A stretch of 64,000 nt of DNA from Candidatus Zambryskibacteria bacterium RIFCSPHIGHO2_01_FULL_43_25 (GTDB lineage Bacteria; Patescibacteriota; Minisyncoccia; Phycocordibacterales; Zambryskibacteraceae), in NCBI GenBank assembly GCA_001823695.1, contig MHVD01000015.1:2445-66444 (forward strand). Direction: 5' to 3'. Within the stretch, counting starts at the first letter, position 1; each line of letters opens with the position of its first letter. Positions 58,191 to 64,000 of this stretch are shown here, piece by piece. Made by a program: the position numbers and the translations under genes. The notes under the pieces were generated by a model, which ran no database searches, was not told the origin of the DNA, and saw nothing but the letters and a program-made list of their open reading frames with translations.

Positions 58191-58351
58191 CGTTTTATTA
58201 TGTTTCTACATTTCACTTTGTCGTTCTCCAAACTTTTTGAAATTTTGTTAAAATCCGCTAGCGAATATAATATCAGAAAAAGCGTGACTTAGGCATTGGG
58301 CTCTAGGAACTAGGTTTTAGAATTGGCCCTTTAACTTGATTGACTTTTTGT

Positions 58352-58401
58352 TTGGTACAGCTTTTAGAGCACGAGACATCGTTCTTTAAAAGCTGTACCA
58401 A
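58352..58401. repeat. TTGGTACAGCTTTTA...TAAAAGCTGTACCAA hairpin element
   Basis: 15 bp inverted repeat; ends shared with 15043-15134. Confidence 0.7.
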
Positions 58402-58465
58402 CGCTTACCCGTGAGTCCTCGGTATAGGGCCGAGAGAGGAAAGGTAAACATGCGAGGAGGATAAG

Positions 58466-58870
58466 ATGGGACACAGAATGGGGACAAACCAGGCGCTGGC
58501 GCTCGCAGGGGCTCTCACCCAGAAATTACCGGCCGACTTAGACCAGGATGTCGCGAAAGCGTGGATTACCAGTCCCGTCGCGATCACGGCTTTCCTCGAA
58601 GGCCTTCGTTCCTATCCAGTCGTCTTTCCGGACTGAGTACGGGGAATACCCGAGGACACACCGTTCCACAACGGCAAGATGGCGATCCACGAGTTCCTTG
58701 CAGACGACGAGCAGTATGTCGTCGGCGAGAAAATGTTCGCACGAGCCAAGATCAGACCGCGGCTTGGCTACCCCGACGACCACATCCGTCAGTTGACGGA
58801 GTGGTGTCGGGACTCTTTTTGTTTTCTCTATACTAGTGTTTTGCAAAACACTAGTATAGGAGAGTTCTGA
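58466..58870 (+). pseudogene. paralog of 14383-14976 with an in-frame TGA and 3' truncation
   Basis: GGAGG RBS; reads ...FPD*VRG...HEFL..GEKMFARA versus FPDWID...EFIELL..SDEMLSRA in the intact gene. Confidence 0.6.
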
Positions 58871-58956
58871 AATTTCCTTATTTTTTCCAATTTCCATAAT
58901 CTTCCCATTTTCCTCATTGGTATAATAAATAACGATCGTTATTTATTATACCAATG
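58828..58956. repeat. type A (58828-58859) and type B (58915-58956) perfect palindromes with a conserved linker
   Basis: CTATACTAGTGTTTTG|CAAAACACTAGTATAG and CATTGGTATAATAAATAACGA|TCGTTATTTATTATACCAATG. Confidence 0.92.
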
Positions 58957-59057
58957 GGTTTTCATTTGAAAGAGGGTAGATTTTTCTTTTCAGGTTTTAG
59001 GTTTTAAGTTAAATGTTATAAGTTACATTTTTTGGTTGTGGTCACGCTCTTGCCAAG

Positions 59058-60020
59058 TTAGTTGTTCTTTAAGTAAGAGAGAGTCGCTTGGGAGAGAGTC
59101 ACCACATCGTCAAATCTTCCTTCATACGAAGAACCGAGAACAACGATTATGAATGGCCGTCCTATACTGGGGTCAAGAACAACAGCCAAATTGCCTCCGG
59201 CAATGTCCGTAAAGCCTGTTTTTGAGGCCAAAATCCCTGGTATCTTCCCTATCTGGGGGTTTGTGTTACTTGCCTGGTGCAGGATACTGCTTGCCGATTT
59301 GATAGTAATATTTTCGTTTTTGGTAGGAAGCACCAGTTCAGGATAGTTTTCCAAAGTGTATTCAAAAAGGCGCGCCACATCTCTAGCCGAGCCGTAAGCT
59401 CCGCCCATTTTGTCATTCAAATCAAGACCGCTTTCGTTGTAAAAAACCATTGAGGTTACACCCAAGTCCGTAGCTTTCTGGTTCATTAGTTTGATAAATT
59501 CATCATGACCAATTTCCTTGTCATTTGTTCCTGAAGCGACTCCGCCAGCGGCAACGGAAACTGCCGCTACTGCGTCATTTGATGATGTAAGAAGACTCAA
59601 ATTTATCAAATCTCCGATATTGAATTTTTCTCCAACCAAAATTCCCACATCGCCCTCCGCATCAAGAGAATTTTTATTGACTGTTATCACAGCGTGTTTC
59701 GGAAGTTGCTCTATTGCCGTTACGGCCGTCATTAGTTTAGCCAGAGAAGCCAAAGGCATAACCTTGTCCGAATCTTTCTCAAACACGGCCTTTTTTTCTT
59801 TTATATCCCAAACGAAAACCGCCCTAGCTTCTAGTGACAGACCTTGGAAAAAGTCTGTTTTGGGGGCCAGTGCCGCCGTTTTGTCATCCTTCCGTGCGGA
59901 CGAAAAGAGAAAAACCAAGACGATGATTCCTAGAATTACCGCCATGAAAATCCCGATATAGAGATTTTTTCTTTCAACTTTATTGAAAATCTTTTGCTGT
60001 ATTTGGTTGTTCTCCTCCAT
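59058..60020 (-). CDS. D-alanyl-D-alanine carboxypeptidase (S11)
   Basis: ASLAKLMT (SxxK), SSN and KTGFT motifs. Confidence 0.9.
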   Translation of the reverse strand: MEENNQIQQKIFNKVERKNLYIGIFMAVILGIIVLVFLFSSARKDDKTAALAPKTDFFQGLSLEARAVFVWDIKEKKAVFEKDSDKVMPLASLAKLMTAVTAIEQLPKHAVITVNKNSLDAEGDVGILVGEKFNIGDLINLSLLTSSNDAVAAVSVAAGGVASGTNDKEIGHDEFIKLMNQKATDLGVTSMVFYNESGLDLNDKMGGAYGSARDVARLFEYTLENYPELVLPTKNENITIKSASSILHQASNTNPQIGKIPGILASKTGFTDIAGGNLAVVLDPSIGRPFIIVVLGSSYEGRFDDVVTLSQATLSYLKNN

Positions 60021-60564
60021 TCTCTTTGGCATCCGACTCCTCCTTTTTACTAAAATTTTCAAATTCTTTCAAGACTGACTCGTATTCCGGCAGGTCTTTC
60101 AGCTTCTGAATTCCCAAAAGCGACAAGGTTTCAGTGGTCGGTTTGTACAGAAACCCTCTGCCCCCCTTGGACGATTCGTCTCTTTCAATAAGCCCCCTTA
60201 TCAGGAGCGACCTTACGGTAAAGTTTGAGTTTACTCCTCGTATGTACTCAATTTCTCTTCTGCTGGCTTCACCCTTGTAAAGGATAACAGCTAAGGTTTC
60301 AAGTCCGGCTTTGCCCAAATCTCTGGTCAATTCTTCCCTTCGTATATCTTCAATCAGAGCGCTAGCGTCTTTGGAAGTGCCCAGAGACGCTTCCTCGCCG
60401 TTTTGTATCAGTATCACTCCCCTGTTTGCAATCTCGTCTTGCAAGAGAAACACGGCTTCGGCCACCTCCTCTCGCGTAACAGCAAGCATTTTGGCAATTT
60501 CTCTGAAAGAAATCGGCTCGGCTTTGTAAAACAGGATTGCTTCTATTTTTGTTTTTAATTCCAT
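59980..60564 (-). CDS. scpB: SMC segregation and condensation protein B
   Basis: IEAILF, LETLAVILY, IEYIRGVNS and L.DLP motifs. Confidence 0.93.
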   Translation of the reverse strand: MELKTKIEAILFYKAEPISFREIAKMLAVTREEVAEAVFLLQDEIANRGVILIQNGEEASLGTSKDASALIEDIRREELTRDLGKAGLETLAVILYKGEASRREIEYIRGVNSNFTVRSLLIRGLIERDESSKGGRGFLYKPTTETLSLLGIQKLKDLPEYESVLKEFENFSKKEESDAKENGGEQPNTAKDFQ

Positions 60565-60633
60565 GATACGAATATTACGAATGAGATCGAATGATACCAA
60601 GATACAAACAATGTGAGCAGACAGTTAATAGGA

Positions 60634-61386
60634 TCAATAACTCGGCAGGCCGATGTTTTCGGTCTCTATTTCGATGTCCTCCGAAAAATTCTTTTGGGTC
60701 GCTTTGACTACGCCCCTTTTTATCAATTCTAAAATAGCAAGAAAGCCAACAATAATGTTTTCTTTTTGCTCTCTATTTATAGCATATTCGCCTTCCTTCT
60801 GGTTGGTGAGAGCGCGAAAGTTGAGTTTGAGGTTTTTCTGTATCCTCTCGGTCAGTTTCTCTATCATCTCCTCCAGAGAAATCATTTTCTTCACAACGGC
60901 CTTGGGAAGTTGTTCCTCTCTGGGCAAATTGTTTATGATTGCTCTGGCCGCTGAAAGCAGATTCAAAACGCTCAAATCAGAGGAGGGAGAAAAAACAATG
61001 GAAACATCTCGCCTCTCTTCCCTCTGGAAAATTACCGACTGACCGAATATTTCTCCAAGACCGATTGCTAGCGCCTTAAACCTTTTGTGAAGCAGAAGTC
61101 TTTTTTCCAGCTCTTCAATGCTTGCCTCCTCTTCCTCGGATAGGGCCAGAGTCGGCAGAAGAGACCTTGATTTTATGAGAAGAAGCGTTGAAGCGATGAG
61201 AATAAATTGGGCGGTTTCATCCATCGGGAAGTTCTCATTCTTTTCAATGTAGGCGATATAATCATCCGCCACTTGCGCCAATGAAATATCATTGATAAAA
61301 AGTTTTCGCCTTTCTATCAAGTCAAGCAATATGTGAAGCGGCCCCTCAAAAACCGGAGTTTTTACTTTAAATACTTCCTCATTCAT
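60634..61386 (-). CDS. scpA: SMC segregation and condensation protein A
   Basis: FEGPL..LL.LI, IKSRSLLP and FLAILEL motifs. Confidence 0.93.
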   Translation of the reverse strand: MNEEVFKVKTPVFEGPLHILLDLIERRKLFINDISLAQVADDYIAYIEKNENFPMDETAQFILIASTLLLIKSRSLLPTLALSEEEEASIEELEKRLLLHKRFKALAIGLGEIFGQSVIFQREERRDVSIVFSPSSDLSVLNLLSAARAIINNLPREEQLPKAVVKKMISLEEMIEKLTERIQKNLKLNFRALTNQKEGEYAINREQKENIIVGFLAILELIKRGVVKATQKNFSEDIEIETENIGLPSY

Positions 61387-61411
61387 TCGATCAAATTCGT
61401 TAACATTCGCA

Positions 61412-62743
61412 TCATGGATTCAATCTTTTAACATCTCTCGGCAGATAAGTTGCCTCTCGAACATTCGGCAGATTAAGAATTTGCATTATGAATCTTCCCG
61501 GCCCCACGCCGGCTCCGCCATGAGGCGGACAGCCGTATCTGAAGAAGTTTATGTAATCTGTAAGCGGTTCAAGATTCATCTTTTTTTCTTTTGCCTGACG
61601 CTCCAAAATTTCAGGCCTATGCTCTCTTTGGGCAAGAGTTGTAACCTCCACGCCTCTGTACAAAAGGTCGGCCCTGCGTGAAAAATCCGATTTTTCATCA
61701 AGACGCATGTGATAAAAAGCGCTCTTTGACTTGTGATATTCGGTTATGAAGACGAACTCATGACCTTTTTCCTTTTCAACATACTCCGAAATAGCGCGCT
61801 CTTCCTCGGGAGACAGGTCGTATTCCCCGCCCGACTGAATAGCTTCAGTCATTCGGGCGGGTTCAGGGCTTTCAATCCCTCTTTTCTTCATTATTTTCTT
61901 GGCCTCGGCCATCGTTATGCGCGGGAAAGGTCTTTCAGGAATCTTAAGCTTCAGTTCCGGAAACTTGCTATTCAATGCTTTAAACCCTTCAACAATCATT
62001 CCCTCCTCGGCGTCCATAATGTCGTTGTGGTCTTCTATGTACGAAATCTCAAAATCCCAACCTGTAAATTCCGTCAGGTGCCTTGTGGTGAAAGAAAGCT
62101 CCGCTCGAAATACCGGACCGACCATAAATACCTTCTCAAACCCTGAAGCCATTGCCATTTGCTTGTAAAATTGCGGCGACTGGGCAAGATATGCTTTTTT
62201 GTCAAAATAATTTACTTCAAAAACGTCAGCTCCCGTTTCGCTCGGTGTGCTCATAAATGACGGCGAGTAGATTTGTATAAAATCGTTCTCATCCCAGTAT
62301 TTTCTCCAACCCTTTTCAAATTCAGTCCAGACTTTGAATACTTTCGCATGTTCCGGTTTTCTTAAATCTATCCAACGGTAATCAAAACGAATAGGCGCTT
62401 CAGTCTCTTCTCCGCCCTTTTGGTAAACAACCGGTATGGGAAGTTCGGGCGCTGCTTTAGACAAAATATTTATTTTTTTAACTTCAATTTCAACTCCTCC
62501 AGGGGCTTGTTTTTCCTCTTTTACTTTTCCCTCAATTTCAACTACTGACTCCAGAGACAAACTCTTTAACTCTTCAAATTGAGGATTTTTCTCATCTATA
62601 ACGCACTGTATAAGTCCCGTAATATCGCGCAGAATTATAAAGGCTATTTTGCTCTGCAGGCGCAGGGTTTGAACAAAACCTCTGACAAGTACATTCTGCC
62701 CTGTCTGCGCCTCAACATCTTTGATTTGGTTATATTTTTTCAT
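61412..62743 (-). CDS. aspS: aspartyl-tRNA synthetase, archaeal/non-discriminating type
   Basis: AYLAQSPQFYKQ, GPVFRAE, RHLTEF, YGCPPHGG and PRD motifs. Confidence 0.9.
   Translation of the reverse strand: MKKYNQIKDVEAQTGQNVLVRGFVQTLRLQSKIAFIILRDITGLIQCVIDEKNPQFEELKSLSLESVVEIEGKVKEEKQAPGGVEIEVKKINILSKAAPELPIPVVYQKGGEETEAPIRFDYRWIDLRKPEHAKVFKVWTEFEKGWRKYWDENDFIQIYSPSFMSTPSETGADVFEVNYFDKKAYLAQSPQFYKQMAMASGFEKVFMVGPVFRAELSFTTRHLTEFTGWDFEISYIEDHNDIMDAEEGMIVEGFKALNSKFPELKLKIPERPFPRITMAEAKKIMKKRGIESPEPARMTEAIQSGGEYDLSPEEERAISEYVEKEKGHEFVFITEYHKSKSAFYHMRLDEKSDFSRRADLLYRGVEVTTLAQREHRPEILERQAKEKKMNLEPLTDYINFFRYGCPPHGGAGVGPGRFIMQILNLPNVREATYLPRDVKRLNP
61826..61861. repeat. 36 bp in-frame palindromic insertion in aspS
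   Basis: CCCGCCCGAATGACTGAAGCTATTCAGTCGGGCGGG encodes PARMTEAIQSGG. Confidence 0.8.
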
Positions 62744-62883
62744 TGTTTATTGAATGAAAATATAATAGCAGAAAAAGCCCATTTTGGGCGGTTATTTTAC
62801 TACTTGACTTTTGTATATGAAGTATGATATAATTTAAAAGGAAAACGTTACCGTCTCCCCACCCCCCAACTTAAGGAGCTGAG

Positions 62884-63315
62884 ATGCGAATCATGGCCAA
62901 GGGAATCGTCGCCATACCAATTCTTCTCCTCTCGGCGTTCGTTCTTATCTTGGTCGATGAGAACTTGTTACCGCCGATGTCGGTCTCCACGAAAGTGAAG
63001 ACAGTCGAGAAGCACTTTTTCGCTCTACCAAGCGAAAAAGTGGCAAAGGAGTGGCGAGCTGACGCACCCGTCACCCTCATACAGAGCGGATGGGCTGACG
63101 GAGACCGAATGATTCTCGGCGTGGATGACAGTAGGTTCGCGAAGTTCATCGGCAGTGGTATGGAGGTGAAGGTGGTTCGTATCGAATATGATCTACCGTT
63201 CACTCACATACTGCATCGTCGTACACCGAGCCTACTAGCTCGCAACACGCGAGCTGTAGTCACAACTGGCAGCGGGGACGAGGTGGTGGTCGAGGGGATC
63301 TTCCGCTGGAAGTAA
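62884..63315 (+). CDS. hypothetical GC-rich secreted or membrane-anchored protein
   Basis: TAAGGAG RBS, TTGACT-N18-TATAAT promoter, terminator at about 63335-63370. Confidence 0.7.
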   Translation: MRIMAKGIVAIPILLLSAFVLILVDENLLPPMSVSTKVKTVEKHFFALPSEKVAKEWRADAPVTLIQSGWADGDRMILGVDDSRFAKFIGSGMEVKVVRIEYDLPFTHILHRRTPSLLARNTRAVVTTGSGDEVVVEGIFRWK

Positions 63316-63377
63316 TCTTAGACCACCAGGGATAGCGCCTGGCACCTGAAAAATGGTGCCAGGTGTTTTTCTATACC

Positions 63378-63960
63378 AGGAAACCCCGCCCGAAGGCGGC
63401 GTCGTTAAAATATATTAGCCGCCGAGAGGGCGGGGATGAATGGAACCTTGCACGTCGCATACGAAGTATGCGACGCTATTCTCATGAGGATTCAGCACCT
63501 AAATCACTCAACCTACCAACATCAGTACCATGTGGTGTGGGGCACAAAATACAGAAGAAAAATACTAAAACCATATGTTCTCAAGGAACTCAAGAAAAGT
63601 CTCTACGAAACGTGCAAAAAATACCCGACGCTCTGGATCGAGAGCATGAATACGAACGAAGACCACGTCCACATACAGATAGAAATACCACCAAACATAA
63701 CTATTTCAGATGCCGTCGGGAAACTGAAAGGATTGAGCAGCCGCCACTTACGTTCAAAATTCAGATTTATCAGGGAAATCTACCTGGAAAAAGACGGCAT
63801 CTGGAGTGTCGGGTATTTCACCTCAACTGTGGGACTGAACGAGAGTCAGGTCAAGAAATACATAGAATGGCAGAGCAAGAAAGACAAACCACAAAGATCC
63901 CGTCTATTCTGAATCCTCATGCCAACAAAGGAAACCCCGCCCTTTAGGGCGGGGAGGAGG
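63378..63960 (+). mobile_element. IS200-type insertion sequence (tnpA only)
   Basis: AGGAAACCCCGCCC...GGGCGGGG hairpins on both sides of tnpA. Confidence 0.8.
63484..63912 (+). CDS. tnpA: IS200/IS605 Y1 transposase
   Basis: YHVVWGTKYRR, DHVH (HUH), KLKGLSS, WSVGYF and YIEWQ motifs. Confidence 0.93.
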   Translation: MRIQHLNHSTYQHQYHVVWGTKYRRKILKPYVLKELKKSLYETCKKYPTLWIESMNTNEDHVHIQIEIPPNITISDAVGKLKGLSSRHLRSKFRFIREIYLEKDGIWSVGYFTSTVGLNESQVKKYIEWQSKKDKPQRSRLF

Positions 63961-64000
63961 TCATTCATATCTCGATTCTTCTTAGATTAAAAAATAACTA

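Noticed and set aside
58634..58636. TGA recoding (genetic code 4 or 25)
   Set aside because: Core genes such as recR, aspS, scpA and rsmH end in TGA and no conserved gene has an internal TGA; a TGG-to-TGA nonsense change is simpler.

Overview
The gene set and protein style point to a Patescibacteria (CPR, probably Parcubacteria) chromosome segment using genetic code 11; this is an inference. Housekeeping genes cover translation (fmt, def, frr, proS, lysS, cysS, gltX, aspS, rplU, rplI, rpmA, greA, tRNA-Glu), cell shape and division (two mreB, mreC, an mreD-like gene, mrdA, mraZ-rsmH-ftsL-ftsI-murF, mraY-ftsW-murG) and replication/repair (priA-like, holB-like, dnaB, recR, rmuC, scpAB). An ABC exporter, a DsbA/VKOR pair and an IS200-type element are also present. 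Single-gene accessory modules are interspersed among these. The most interesting signals are non-coding. (1) A family of 130-196 bp elements bounded by CCCGT(A/T)AGAAA...TTTCT(A/T)ACGGG sits directly against the ATG of core genes, duplicates the first bases of the gene, shows covarying stems and forms 13-6-13 junctions. (2) Several families of ~32 bp palindromes with the same apparent 13-6-13 layout mark accessory-gene borders. (3) A likely distal DGR target gene has an adenine-depleted 3' end and a GCAA-loop hairpin, and has a pseudogenised paralog. (4) Short GC-rich palindromes insert in frame into genes such as aspS and an ArsR gene. All observations were read by eye; no searches were run.
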